In this document: one piece after another, positions 9,811 through 20,777 of the stretch
Numbering within the stretch: position 1 is the first letter of the stretch
Layout of the letters: the number at the start of each line of letters is the position of its first letter
Source: an uncultured Bacteroidota bacterium
Lineage (GTDB): Bacteria > Bacteroidota > Rhodothermia > Rhodothermales > DASSAV01
Reading direction: 5' to 3'
Assembly (NCBI GenBank): GCA_963790965.1
Contig: CAWBQO010000004.1
Span: forward strand, 1,512 to 65,511
DNA length: 64,000 nt
Notes under the pieces: model-generated
Seen by the model: the letters and a program-made list of their open reading frames with translations, nothing else
Database searches by the model: none
What the model was told of the DNA's origin: nothing
Translations under genes and position numbers: made by a program

Positions 9811-9996
9811 CCGTGGGCGGGAAGCCGCATTCTTCGAAAGGCGCATCCATCCGAGGCCTCTTTCGAAGGGTATCGTTTCCACACCTTCTGTGGCCTGAAT
9901 CCGGCACCCGGCACCCGGCACCATGACCTCCTCTCTGCAGGAAGACCGGCCGCATAGGCGCGGCACGTCTGTTCGCAACGCCCCCGAACGCTCTCT

Positions 9997-11928
9997 ATGA
10001 ACCTTCATATCATCGACGTGCTCATTATTGGAGCCTACGTCGCAGCTACCATTCTGATCGGCTTCTGGATCTCGCGGCGAGCTTCCCGGAGCATGGAGAA
10101 TTACTTTCTCGGGGGTAACACGATTCCCTGGTACGCGCTCGGCCTCTCGAACGCATCCGGCATGTTCGATATCAGCGGGACGATGTGGCTGGTCACGTTG
10201 CTGTTCGTCTACGGCCTGAAGAGCATCTGGATACCGTGGCTGTGGCCGGTATTCAACCAGATCTTCCTGATGATCTTCCTCTCGGTCTGGCTGCGCCGCT
10301 CCGGGGTTATGACCGGTGCCGAGTGGATTCGCTTCCGGTTCGGAGACGGGCGCGGCGCGCAGCTGGCGCACATCGTCGTCGTCATATTCGCGTTAATTAA
10401 CGTCGTTGGCTTCCTCGCGTACGGCTTCATCGGCATCGGTAAGTTCGCGGCGATCTTCCTGCCGTGGCAGCTTTCCGCCGATCCGGCCACGAACGTGAAC
10501 CTCTATGGCCTAATCGTTACGGCCATCACGACCGTGTATGTGGTCAAGGGCGGCATGTTCAGCGTCGTCTTTACGGAGGTGCTGCAGTTTGTCATCATGA
10601 CGATTGCCTGCATCTGGGTCGGCATCATTGCCATACAGACGGTTTCGCCCGACAGCTGGCTGCAGTGGTGCCGGCGGGATGGGAGCAGGTCTTTTTCGGT
10701 TGGAAACTCGACCTGAACTGGTCCGGCTTGATGGATGCCGCTAACACGAAGATCCACCACGGACGGCTTCGGCATCTTCGGTGCCTTCTTCATGATGATG
10801 GTGTTTAAGGGCGTCTTGACGAGTGGCGCGGGGCCGGCACCCAACTACGACATGCAGCGCATCCTCTCGGCGAAGACGCCGCGCGAAGCGGCGAAGATGA
10901 GCGGACTCGTGAGCCTCGTCTTGATGGTCCCCCGGTATATGCTCATCGCAGGTCTGGCGGTGCTCGCGCTCGCGTTCTTCAGCGACCAGCTCAACGCCAT
11001 GGGCGCAGCGGTGGACTTCGAGCTGGTGCTGCCGTTCGCGATGCGGGAGTTCATCCCGACGGGCCTTCTCGGGCTTCTGATTGCGGCGCTCCTTGCGGCC
11101 TTCATGTCCACCTTCGCCGCCACGGTCAATGCCGCGCCCGCCTACATCGTCAACGACATTTACAAGCGCTACATCAACCCGCACGCCTCGGAGAAGCGGT
11201 ACGTATGGATGAGCTATGCGGCCTCGGTTGCCGTCGTGATCGTGGGCACGGGCTTTGGCTTTGTCATTCCGGATCTCAACAGCATCGTGCTCTGGATCGT
11301 GGCGTGCGCTTTATGGCGGCTATACGGCTGCAAACGTGCTGAAGTGGTACTGGTGGCGCTTTAATGCCTATGGCTACTTCTGGGGGATGGTGGCCGGCAT
11401 CGCGGCGGCGGGCATCGTCTCGCAGTCGATGACGTGGATCTTCGGCGCGGGCGCGTTCGGAGAGGCGGCCCCGGTATACGGCTTCCCGTTCATCCTCGGG
11501 ATCTCGCTCGTCGGTTGCATCGCAGGAAGCCTTCTCACGCCGCCGGACGACCGGGCCGTGCTGAAGAAGTTCTACTATACCGTCCGCCCATGGGGTTTCT
11601 GGAGGCCGATCCACGACGAGCTGCTGCAGGAGCACCCAAACCTCATGGCGAACAAGGACTTCGGACGCGACATGTTCAACGTCCTGGTGGGCATCGCCTG
11701 GCAGACGGCGCTCGTCGCGGCGGGTATCTACATCGTGGTGCAGAACTGGACGGCGCTCGCTATCTGCGCCGGCCATCATCCTTCTGACCATGGCAGTGCT
11801 CAAGTTCAACTGGCTGCGACAAGCTGGAGGATAATCCGGCCGACCTCGTCGCGGAACGTTGGTCTGTGGCTCAGGACCGCGCCATGACCGTCGACAAGCC
11901 CATGCGGCCGGTAAATGCAGATAGATAA
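9997..11928 (+). pseudogene. sodium:solute symporter (mannan-PUL type), frameshifted; probably intact in vivo
   Basis: SNASGMFDISGTMW, IWIPWLWP, GPAPNYDMQR, ANVLKWYWWRFN motifs spread over several frames; indels near 10653(-1), 10754(+1), 11303(+1), 11774(+1), 11816(+1); repaired frame ends at TAA 11926-11928. Confidence 0.85.
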
Positions 11929-11937
11929 CAGATAGAA

Positions 11938-13157
11938 ATGGATCAGGCAAATCCGGGTCTCCTTTGGCCCGCCGACGATTTCGACACGCGCCACGAACGG
12001 CTCGAAAGCGAGCATGAAGCGCTGCTTGGGCGGCCCAATGAAAGGGTTGCCGACACGAACGGCGTCATCGTCCGTTACGCCTATCCCGTACTCACGGCGC
12101 CTCATACGCCGCTTTTCTGGCGCTACGACCTGAATCCGGCACCAATCCCTTTCTGATGGAGCGCATCGGCATCAACGCCGCCTTCAACGCGGGCGCCATC
12201 CAGCTGAACGGCAGATATCTGCTCGTGGTGCGCGTGGAAGGCGTGGACCGCAAGTCCTTCTTCGCCGTGGCGGAAAGCCCGAACGGCGTAGACAAGTTCC
12301 GCTTCTGGGACCGCCCGGTGCTGCTTCCGGAAACGGAAGAACCCGGACACGAACGTCTATGACATGCGCCTGACCGCGCACGAGGACGGCTGGATCTACG
12401 GCATCTTCTGCACCGAGCGCAAAGACCCTGATGCCCCTCCGGGCGACCATTCGGCGCCGTCGCGCAGTGCGGCATCGTGCGGACGCAGCGATCTCGGGAC
12501 CTGGGAGCGGCTGCCCGACCTCCAGAACGCACTCCGCCCAGCAGCGCAACGTGGTCCTGCACCCCGAGTTTGTCGACGGCAGGTATGCCTTCTACACCCG
12601 CCCGCAGGACGGCTTCATCGACACCGGCTCCGGCGGCGGCATCGGCTGGGGCCTGTGCGAGAGCATGGAGCAGGCCGAGGTCGGCGAGGAGACGCATCAT
12701 CGATCCGCGAGTCTACCACACGATCAACGAGGTGAAGAACGGGCAGGGGCCGCCGCCGCTCCAGACCGAGGAAGGCTGGCTGCATCTGGCCCACGGCGTG
12801 CGCAACACCGCTGCCGGGCTGCGCTACGTGCTCTACCTGTTCCTGACCGATCTTGACGAACCCTGGCGAGTCACCCACAGCCCGGCCGGCTACTTCATTG
12901 CGCCCGAGGGACAAGAGCGCGTGGGCGACGTTTCCAACGTGGTCTTCTCCAACGGCTGGGTTCGCAAGGACAACGACGAAGTGCTGATTTACTACGCCTC
13001 GTCAGACACCCGAACGCATGTGGCGGTCTCCTCTGTGCCCCGCCTGCTCGACTACGTCAAGCATACACCGCCGGACGCGCTTACCTCCGCGGCGGTGGTT
13101 CATGACCGCATGCAGCTCATTCGCCGAAATCTTGAACGGCTAAGACGCGATGACTGA
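11938..13157 (+). pseudogene. GH130 4-O-beta-D-mannosyl-D-glucose phosphorylase, frameshifted; probably intact in vivo
   Basis: [85 protein letters not shown]; about 6 indels near 12140, 12343, 12455, 12488, 12522, 12694. Confidence 0.88.
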
Positions 13158-14406
13158 ACTAACCGAACTGGCCGCCCTTCGTGCCGCCACTTTGAAGGAC
13201 CTGACCGAAAACATCCTTCCCTTCTGGATGCGGAAGGCCGCCGACCACCGCTACGGCGGGTTTGTCGGGCGGATAACCGAGGCGGGAGCGGTCGTTCCCG
13301 AAGCGGCGAAGGGCGTGGTGCTGAACGCGCGCATCTTATGGACTTTCTCCTCCGCGACGCGGCAGCTGCCCCATCCGGATTACCGGCGGACTGCGGACCG
13401 GGCGTACGAGTACCTCCGCGATCACTTTATCGACAAAGAGTTTGGCGGCGTCTACTGGAGCGTGAACTACCTTGGCGAGCCGCTGGACCGGCGCAAACAG
13501 ATCTACGCGCAAGCTTTCGCCATTTACGGGCTGGCCGCCTACTATCTCGCCTCCGGCGACGAGGCGGCGCGCCGGAGCGCCTTTGATCTCTTCGACCTTG
13601 TTGAGCAGTACGGTTATGACAGCGTCGGCGGGGGTTATTTCGAGGCGTTTGCGCAGGACTGGTCGCTGGTGGAAGATGTACGCTTGAGCGAGAAAGACCT
13701 GAACGCGCCCAAGAGCATGAACACGCTCTTGCACGTCATGGAAGCTTACGCCGCGCTGCACCGCATCTCACCCACCGAGGCGTTGCGGGAACGCCTTGCC
13801 GAGCTTGTAGCCCTGTTTATCGACACCGTCCGGGACCCGGAGACCGGCCATATGCGGACGTTCTTTTCGGAAGGCTTCGACTCGGTCTCGCCTCGCTACT
13901 CCTTCGGGCACGACATTGAAGCCGCATGGCTGGTCTACGATGCCGCGGAAGCCGTCGGGGACGAAGCGCTGCTCGAGCGCGCCCGCGCGTTCGCCCTCGA
14001 GACGGCCGACCTCACGATCCGGGAAGGTCTGGACGAAGACGGCGGTTTGCTCAACGAAGCGGACGCTTCCGGCTGGATCGACACCGACAAACACTGGTGG
14101 CCGCAGGCGGAGGCAATGGTCGGTTTCCTGAATGCGTACGAGCTATCGGGCAGCGAAAGCTACGTGCGGGCCGCCACGCAGTCATGGGACTTCATCGCCC
14201 GCCACGTCATCAACCGGGAACAGGGCGAGTGGCGCAACCGGCTCCACCGCGACGGAACGCCGTACGAAGGCGAGGACCGCCTGGGCCTCTGGAAATGTCC
14301 TTATCACAACAGCCGGGCGTGCCTCGAAATCATGCGCCGCGTGCCCGCGCCCCTTTCAAAAGCAGAACGAATCGTGCGCGGGCGCGGAGTTGCTGCGCGC
14401 TACTAA
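13150..14406 (+). CDS. cellobiose/mannobiose 2-epimerase (AGE family)
   Basis: [59 protein letters not shown]; overlaps the GH130 stop. Confidence 0.92.
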   Translation: MTELTELAALRAATLKDLTENILPFWMRKAADHRYGGFVGRITEAGAVVPEAAKGVVLNARILWTFSSATRQLPHPDYRRTADRAYEYLRDHFIDKEFGGVYWSVNYLGEPLDRRKQIYAQAFAIYGLAAYYLASGDEAARRSAFDLFDLVEQYGYDSVGGGYFEAFAQDWSLVEDVRLSEKDLNAPKSMNTLLHVMEAYAALHRISPTEALRERLAELVALFIDTVRDPETGHMRTFFSEGFDSVSPRYSFGHDIEAAWLVYDAAEAVGDEALLERARAFALETADLTIREGLDEDGGLLNEADASGWIDTDKHWWPQAEAMVGFLNAYELSGSESYVRAATQSWDFIARHVINREQGEWRNRLHRDGTPYEGEDRLGLWKCPYHNSRACLEIMRRVPAPLSKAERIVRGRGVAARY

Positions 14407-14412
14407 TGGCTC

Positions 14413-15567
14413 ATGAGCTTCCGCAAACTCCTCTTCGTCGCTACCCGAATGCTGGCAGCTGCGGTGCTCGTTTCGAGCGCCGTTTCCGGCTGCGCGCCGT
14501 CCGCAAAGATGGCCGGTGGCAGCTCCCTGCTTGCTGACCCGGCGGCGACACCCGAGACGCGCGCGCTGTTCCTCAACCTGCAGCGGCTTGCGCCGGACCA
14601 TGTGCTCCTCGGGCACCACGACGACACGTCCTACGGCGTCGGCTGGCATGATGAAGCCGGGCGCTCGGACGTAAAGGAGTCCTCCGGCTCCTACCCGGCG
14701 CTCTATGGGTGGGACGTCATGGCCCTCTACAACCACGGGCAGTACGACCCGGCGCGCGCGCAGCGCCTTAGAGAGCGTATGCTCCAGGCCTACGAACGCG
14801 GCGGTGTTAACGCTTTAGCCTGGCACATGGACAATCCCGTGAGCGGCGGAAACGCATGGGATACGACGCGGGCCGTGGCGGCGGTGCTGCCGGGCGGTTC
14901 GGCTCATGCCCTCTATGTCGCGAAGCTCGACAGCGTGGCTGCGTTCATGAAGAGCCTGAGGGCGTCCGACGGAACGCTCGCGCCGGTGATCTTCCGCCCC
15001 TTTCATGAGCACACCGGAAGCTGGTTCTGGTGGGGCCGCCGGCACAGCAGCATTGACGAGTTCAAGCGGCTCTGGCAGTTTACCGTGACCTACCTGCGCG
15101 ACCAGAAGCACGTTCACAACCTGCTCTATTCCTATTCGTCCGATGTGTTTGCGACAAAGGAAGCGTACCTGGAACGCTACCCCGGCGACGCTTTCATCGA
15201 CGTGCTCGGGCTGGACGATTACCAGAGCATCAAGACTGTGGAGACAGGGGATGTTTTCGTTGGCCGTTTGCGGATGCTGGTCGAGATGGCGGAGAGCCGG
15301 GGCAAACTCGCCGCGGTAACCGAAACGGGAGTCGAAGGCGTTCCGGACGCGAACTGGTGGACCGGCGTGCTGCTTCCCGCGTTGCAGGCGGACCCGGTGG
15401 CAACAAGAATCTCCTTCCTCATGCTCTGGCGCAATGCCTTTGACATCCCCGGCCACCACTACGCCCCCTATGCCGGCCATCCGAGCGCGCCCGACTTTGT
15501 GCGCTTCCGTGACTCCAACTTGATGCTCTTCGAAGACGAACTTCCGCCGCTCTACAAGCTGCCATAA
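14413..15567 (+). CDS. GH26 beta-mannanase/mannobiohydrolase, lipoprotein
   Basis: Lipobox VSGC; WHMDNP, IFRPFHEHTGSWFWWG, YPGD..IDVLGLDDY, AVTETG, LWRN. Confidence 0.9.
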   Translation: MSFRKLLFVATRMLAAAVLVSSAVSGCAPSAKMAGGSSLLADPAATPETRALFLNLQRLAPDHVLLGHHDDTSYGVGWHDEAGRSDVKESSGSYPALYGWDVMALYNHGQYDPARAQRLRERMLQAYERGGVNALAWHMDNPVSGGNAWDTTRAVAAVLPGGSAHALYVAKLDSVAAFMKSLRASDGTLAPVIFRPFHEHTGSWFWWGRRHSSIDEFKRLWQFTVTYLRDQKHVHNLLYSYSSDVFATKEAYLERYPGDAFIDVLGLDDYQSIKTVETGDVFVGRLRMLVEMAESRGKLAAVTETGVEGVPDANWWTGVLLPALQADPVATRISFLMLWRNAFDIPGHHYAPYAGHPSAPDFVRFRDSNLMLFEDELPPLYKLP

Positions 15568-15594
15568 GGTTGTTCGAATACCACGCAGTCTCCT

Positions 15595-16602
15595 ATGCCT
15601 GAATCTTTCTCCGAGAACCGTTACGACACCATGCCCTATGCCCGGTGCGGGCGCAGCGGACTCCTTCTGCCTCGGCTCTCGCTCGGCCTCTGGCACAACT
15701 TCGGTGGCGTGGATCGCTATGAAAACGCCCGTGCGCTCACGCGGCGCGCGTTTGACCTCGGGATCACGCACTTCGACCTCGCCAACAACTACGGTCCGCC
15801 GCCCGGATCGGCCGAGGAGACCTTCGGGCGGATCCTGAAGGATGACCTCGCGCCCTACCGCGATGAACTGATCATTTCCTCCAAGGCGGGCTATCGGATG
15901 CAGCCTGGGCCGTACGGCGACGGCGGCTCCCGGAAGTACCTTCTGGCCTCGTTGGATGCGAGCTTGCGCCGCATGGGCCTCGACTACGTCGACATCTTCT
16001 ATCATCACCGGCCCGACAACGATACGCCGCTCGAAGAGACGATGGGCGCGCTCGATCAGGCGGTGCGCAGCGGCCGGGCGCTCTACGTAGGCGTCTCTAA
16101 TTACGGCCCGGAGGCAACCCGTGAGGCCGCCCGTTTGCTGCGGTCGATGGGAACGCCGTTCATCATCCATCAGCCGAAGTACAGCATGTACGAACGCAGT
16201 CCCGAGCACGGCCTGTTCAGCGCCCTCCGCGACGAAGGTCTCGGAGCGATTGTGTTCTCGCCGCTTGCGCAGGGGCTGTTGACCGGACGCTACCTCGACG
16301 GCATCCCGGAAGACTCACGCGCGGGCGGTTCGAGCGTGTTTCTTGGTCCGGAGCAGATTACTGAAGAACGGCTGCGGCAACTGCATCGCCTGAATGAGGT
16401 GGCCCGGGGACGCGGGCAGTCGCTGGCGCAGATGGCGCTTGCATGGGTACTGCGGCGGCCGGAAGTCACGACGGCGCTCATCGGAGCCAGCCGCGTCTCA
16501 CAACTCGAGGAAAACGTTGCGGCTCTGCAGAACCTGTCCTTCTCCGATGACGAACTCCACCGGATCGATGCGATCCTCAATAATGACGAGAGTGCATCCT
16601 AA
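15595..16602 (+). CDS. mgrA: aldo/keto reductase, L-glyceraldehyde 3-phosphate reductase (YghZ/MgrA) type
   Basis: RYDTMPY.RCGRSGL.LP.LSLGLWHNFG, THFDLANNYGPPPGSAE, LIISSKAGY, FSPLAQGLLT. Confidence 0.9.
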   Translation: MPESFSENRYDTMPYARCGRSGLLLPRLSLGLWHNFGGVDRYENARALTRRAFDLGITHFDLANNYGPPPGSAEETFGRILKDDLAPYRDELIISSKAGYRMQPGPYGDGGSRKYLLASLDASLRRMGLDYVDIFYHHRPDNDTPLEETMGALDQAVRSGRALYVGVSNYGPEATREAARLLRSMGTPFIIHQPKYSMYERSPEHGLFSALRDEGLGAIVFSPLAQGLLTGRYLDGIPEDSRAGGSSVFLGPEQITEERLRQLHRLNEVARGRGQSLAQMALAWVLRRPEVTTALIGASRVSQLEENVAALQNLSFSDDELHRIDAILNNDESAS

Positions 16603-19351
16603 GCGCACGGCTTCTTTGTTGACGGCCATCCTCCTCGTCGCCGGTTTCGGTTTTGCCGGCCCGGGCGCGGCGCAGGAGATGAACCGGGTCGAGTTCAACG
16701 GACAGCCGCTCTGGCTCAGCGGCGGCAACGTCGCTTGGGTGAACTTCGCGCGTGACATCGGACCCGGCACGACGGACTTTGCCGCGTTCGAGCGCATTTT
16801 TAAGCAAGTTCACGAAAATGGCGGCAACAGCATGAGGCTGTGGCTGCACACGACCGGCGAGAACACGCCTGCGTGGAACGGAAACGCCGTGAGCGGTCCC
16901 GGTGCCGGGGCCATCTCCGACCTTCGCCGAATCGTCGATCTTGCCTGGGAGAACGAAGTTGGGCTGATACTCTGCCTCTGGTCGTTCGACATGATGGTTA
17001 CGGGCCGCGGAACCACCGTTTTGAACCGGTCTCGCGCAATCCTCACGGAGGACGCGGCCATGCAGACGTACATCGACAACGCACTCATTCCGATGGTGGA
17101 TTCGCTCGAGGGGAACCCGGGCGTGATTGCGTGGGAGATCTTCAACGAGGCCGAGGGAATGAGCAACGAGTTCGGCTGGAGCCATACGACGCACGTGCCG
17201 ATGAGCGCCATACAGCGATTCGTCAACCGCACGGCCGGGGCCATTCACCGCGCCGATCTCGCCGCAAAAGTCACGACGGGTGCATGGGCGTTTCAGGCGC
17301 TTACGGATGTGCCGATCTCCGGTGTATCCGGTACGAACAATCGCAACTACTACCGGGATGACCGGCTCGTTGCGGCCGGCGGAGACGCCGACGGAACGCT
17401 CGACTTTTACACCGTCCATTATTACGAGTGGGCGGGCACGGCGCAGTCTCCCTTCCACCATGACTACTCGACCTGGGGCCTTACTAAGCCGCTCGTAGTT
17501 GCCGAGTTTTTCATGGGTGGCGGAGACGACGGCAATCCAAACGCGACGTATTCCGTCCCGCAGGCGGACCTGTACACCACCCTGTACGACCGCGGCTATG
17601 CGGGTGCGATGGCCTGGCAGTGGTACAATTACCCCAACTCCGGCGAAGGCGTGATCAACTGGCCGCGCGCGCTTGCCGGCATGAAGTCGGTGCTGCTTGC
17701 GCATCCGGAAGCCGTCGATGTTGTTCCCGGCGTGCGAATCCTCGCGTTCACTGCCCGTCCGCCCGACATCGAGACAGGCGGCTCAAGCGTGCTCACGTGG
17801 CGGGTGAGTGGCGCAACCACCACGACCCTCGACGTTGAGCCGGTCGATTCGATCGGCACGCGCACCGTCTCGCCGGAGACGACGACGACCTACACGCTCC
17901 GCGCGAAGGACGAAGCCGGCGGCGGAGATACGCTTGCCGTGACCGTCCGCGTGCTCGATCCGTCGGAGATTAACTGCTCGCTCAACCAGCCGGTCCGCTC
18001 GTCCACAACGGAGCAGTGCTGCGGCAATGATGCCCGCGCCGTCAATGCTGTGGATGGGGATCTTGCCACGCGGTGGAGCAGTGCCTGGGAAGTCGGCGAC
18101 GCCGACGACGATCCGGCCGATGAATGGATCGACGTGGACCTTGGGAGGGCGTACAGCCTCGATCGCGTGGTTCTGCGCTGGGAAGCAGCTTACGGAGCGG
18201 CTTACGGCATCGACGTGTCGTATGACGGACGACTGTGGACGCGCGTCTTTACCGAAACGAACGGGAACGGCGGCGTGGATGAGATCGCGTTTCTGACGCC
18301 CGTCGATGCCCGTTACGTGCGGATGACGGGGGAGCGGCGTGGCGGATCGTGGGGATACTCGCTCTGGGAGATGGAGACGTACGGCCTCCCGGCCGAGAAT
18401 CAGCCACCGGAGGTTGCAATAGCGACGCCGATGCAGGGCGCGCTCTTTGCCCCGGGCGATCCGGTAACGCTTACAGCAACGGCAACGGATGACGGGTCGA
18501 TTGCGGACGTTACGTTCGTCGCAGATGGGGAAGAGCTTGGGACCGTCTCGACCGCGCCCTATACCTTAATCTGGGACGCGCCGCCGGGCGACCACACCGT
18601 CATGGCGGTAGCACGCGATGATGAGGGCGCGCGCGTCTCCTCGACACCCTTTCCGCTATTCGTCGCCGAACAGGGTGCCGCGCAGCGGTACGAATGGGAG
18701 AGCGCGGCATATACGGGAGACGTAACCCGGGTGCAGCGGCTTGCCGGAGCGAGTGCGAGTCAGGTCCTCGACATGAAGGACAGCGGCACCATTACGCTGG
18801 ACGGTTTGCAAGCTGAAGCCCCCGGCGAATACCTCCTCGTGCTCGGCTACCGGCTTGCTTATGACACGCCGAAGGGGCAACTGCTCTACGTGAATGGCGA
18901 TTCGCTGGGCGAAGTCCTGTTTGCCGGGGAGCGCAATGCGTGGCTGCGGCGCGGCGTCGTGGTGCCGCTCAACGCCGGCTCCAACTCCGTCGAGATTCGA
19001 AAGGGCTGGGGCTGGATGCAGTTTGATTATATCGACCTCGTGCCAACGGCGCTGCGGGTCGGACGCGGCGAAGCGGAAACACTGCCGGCGCTCGCCGAAC
19101 TCCTTCCGAGCTTTCCGAACCCTTTTCGGGAGCGCGCGACCATTCCCTTCACGCTCGGCAAGGCCGCAGACGTTCGCCTTGAAGTCTTCGACGCCGCCGG
19201 TCGGCGCGTGGCCGTGATCGCGGAGGGCTTCCGCGCTGCGGGCCGCTACGAGGCGACACTCTCATCGGCAGGACTCGCCGCCGGGGTGTATTTCTGCCGC
19301 CTACAGGCGGGCGCTTCCTCCGACACGCAACCGCTGGTGATCGTACAATAA
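16583..19351 (+). CDS. GH5 (subfamily 10-like) beta-mannanase with Ig-like, CBM32, Big, CBM35-like domains and T9SS CTD
   Basis: LSGGNVAWVNFARD, GGNSMRLWLH, WEIFNEAEG, LDFYTVHYY, KPLVVAEF; AVDGD..TRWSS (F5/8C); CTD FPNPF...FDAAGRRV...AGVYFCRL. Confidence 0.87.
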   Translation: MTRVHPKRTASLLTAILLVAGFGFAGPGAAQEMNRVEFNGQPLWLSGGNVAWVNFARDIGPGTTDFAAFERIFKQVHENGGNSMRLWLHTTGENTPAWNGNAVSGPGAGAISDLRRIVDLAWENEVGLILCLWSFDMMVTGRGTTVLNRSRAILTEDAAMQTYIDNALIPMVDSLEGNPGVIAWEIFNEAEGMSNEFGWSHTTHVPMSAIQRFVNRTAGAIHRADLAAKVTTGAWAFQALTDVPISGVSGTNNRNYYRDDRLVAAGGDADGTLDFYTVHYYEWAGTAQSPFHHDYSTWGLTKPLVVAEFFMGGGDDGNPNATYSVPQADLYTTLYDRGYAGAMAWQWYNYPNSGEGVINWPRALAGMKSVLLAHPEAVDVVPGVRILAFTARPPDIETGGSSVLTWRVSGATTTTLDVEPVDSIGTRTVSPETTTTYTLRAKDEAGGGDTLAVTVRVLDPSEINCSLNQPVRSSTTEQCCGNDARAVNAVDGDLATRWSSAWEVGDADDDPADEWIDVDLGRAYSLDRVVLRWEAAYGAAYGIDVSYDGRLWTRVFTETNGNGGVDEIAFLTPVDARYVRMTGERRGGSWGYSLWEMETYGLPAENQPPEVAIATPMQGALFAPGDPVTLTATATDDGSIADVTFVADGEELGTVSTAPYTLIWDAPPGDHTVMAVARDDEGARVSSTPFPLFVAEQGAAQRYEWESAAYTGDVTRVQRLAGASASQVLDMKDSGTITLDGLQAEAPGEYLLVLGYRLAYDTPKGQLLYVNGDSLGEVLFAGERNAWLRRGVVVPLNAGSNSVEIRKGWGWMQFDYIDLVPTALRVGRGEAETLPALAELLPSFPNPFRERATIPFTLGKAADVRLEVFDAAGRRVAVIAEGFRAAGRYEATLSSAGLAAGVYFCRLQAGASSDTQPLVIVQ

Positions 19352-19548
19352 CGTCCCATATGCCTGTCGGAATATCATGAACCTCGGCCGAACATCAAAG
19401 CTTACTGGCTTTTGCGCCGACGCCACGTTCGCCCAAAGACGATAAGCAGGGGGTGTTTGGCAGTGTTCCAGCCACGTGCATCGCCCCCGTAAATCCGCGA
19501 CGTACCTCAACTGTGATAGATGAACAGCCTCTTAACGGTAAACTCTCA

Positions 19549-20691
19549 ATGATGTCAAAGAACCTATTTCTGACCGCGGCGGCGCTGCTGCTTTTGCTGG
19601 GCGGCTGCCGTAGTGCCAAAGAAGCTGCGGTGGACAATGGCGGCCCGGTAGACCGGCAGGCGACCGCCGAAACGCGCGCGCTGCTTAAAAACCTAAAAGC
19701 CCTCGCCCCGGATCATATCCTGTTCGGCCATCAGGACGACCTTGCCTACGGCACTACATGGTGGGCCGAAGCCGGTCGCTCAGACGTCAAAGAGGTCTCC
19801 GGCTCCTATCCGGCGGTCTACGGCTGGGATCTCGGCGGGATCGAGTTGGGAAACGCCCTGAACCTCGACAGCGTCCGTTTCTCCGATATGCGGCAGTGGA
19901 TTCAGGAAAGCTACCGCCGGGGTGGGGTGAACACTCTCTCATGGCATCTCGCCAATCCTGTTACCGGCGGAGGTGCGTGGGACACGACGCTTGCCGTCTC
20001 CCGCGTCCTTCCCGGCGGCGATGCCAACGACACGTACCGCCATTACATGGACCGGCTTGCGGCGTTCGTCGCGAGCCTGAAGGACGACAGCGGCAGGCCC
20101 ATTCCCGTCATCTTCCGTCCCTACCATGAGCAAACGGGCTTCTGGTTCTGGTGGGGCATTCGGCACCGTTCCATCGAGGAATACCAGCAGCTTTACCGCT
20201 ACACCGTCGCGTACCTTCGCGACGAAAAGGGCCTGCACAACCTGCTCTATGCCTACGCGCCCAATGCAGCTGATAACCCCAATTACGGTGCCTACATGGA
20301 CGGCTATCCGGGCGACGATTTCATCGACATCTTTGGCTACGACGACTATTACACGCTGCGCACGAAAACCCCGGAGGCACTGACGGAGAAGCTCGCATGG
20401 ATAGCGGGGGAGGCGGAGAAGCGCGGCAAGGTGGCGGCCTTTACAGAGACAGGCCACGAGGGCTTGCCTGATGCCAACTATTGGACCTCCCGTCTGCTTG
20501 CTGCCATCGAAGCTGACCCGATGGCGCGGCGGATGGCCTATGTGCTCGTTTGGCGCAACGCTCCTTCCTCAACCCACGCCGGCCACTTCTATGCGCCGTA
20601 TCCGGGGCAGGCCAGTGCGGCAGACTTCATCCGCTTCCGCAACAGCGATTTCGTGCTGTTCGAGGACGAGATGCCGAACATGTACCGGTAA
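19549..20691 (+). CDS. GH26 beta-mannanase, lipoprotein
   Basis: Lipobox LGGC; FGHQDD, SWHLANP, IFRPYHE, WFWWG, AFTETG, VWRN. Confidence 0.9.
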   Translation: MMSKNLFLTAAALLLLLGGCRSAKEAAVDNGGPVDRQATAETRALLKNLKALAPDHILFGHQDDLAYGTTWWAEAGRSDVKEVSGSYPAVYGWDLGGIELGNALNLDSVRFSDMRQWIQESYRRGGVNTLSWHLANPVTGGGAWDTTLAVSRVLPGGDANDTYRHYMDRLAAFVASLKDDSGRPIPVIFRPYHEQTGFWFWWGIRHRSIEEYQQLYRYTVAYLRDEKGLHNLLYAYAPNAADNPNYGAYMDGYPGDDFIDIFGYDDYYTLRTKTPEALTEKLAWIAGEAEKRGKVAAFTETGHEGLPDANYWTSRLLAAIEADPMARRMAYVLVWRNAPSSTHAGHFYAPYPGQASAADFIRFRNSDFVLFEDEMPNMYR

Positions 20692-20777
20692 ACCGCCCTC
20701 CGCCCCTTCGACACGCCGTACCCGACGAGGCGCAGGTTGTGCCTCGTGGACTTTGCTCGACTCAATAGATCCTTGTT

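Noticed and set aside
9901-9922. CCGGCAC x3 tandem repeat
   Set aside because: Too short, no spacers; not CRISPR and no evident function.
10650-12700. Programmed frameshifting or phase variation as the cause of the broken genes
   Set aside because: Too many shifts in both directions, and no slippery heptamers or long homopolymer tracts.
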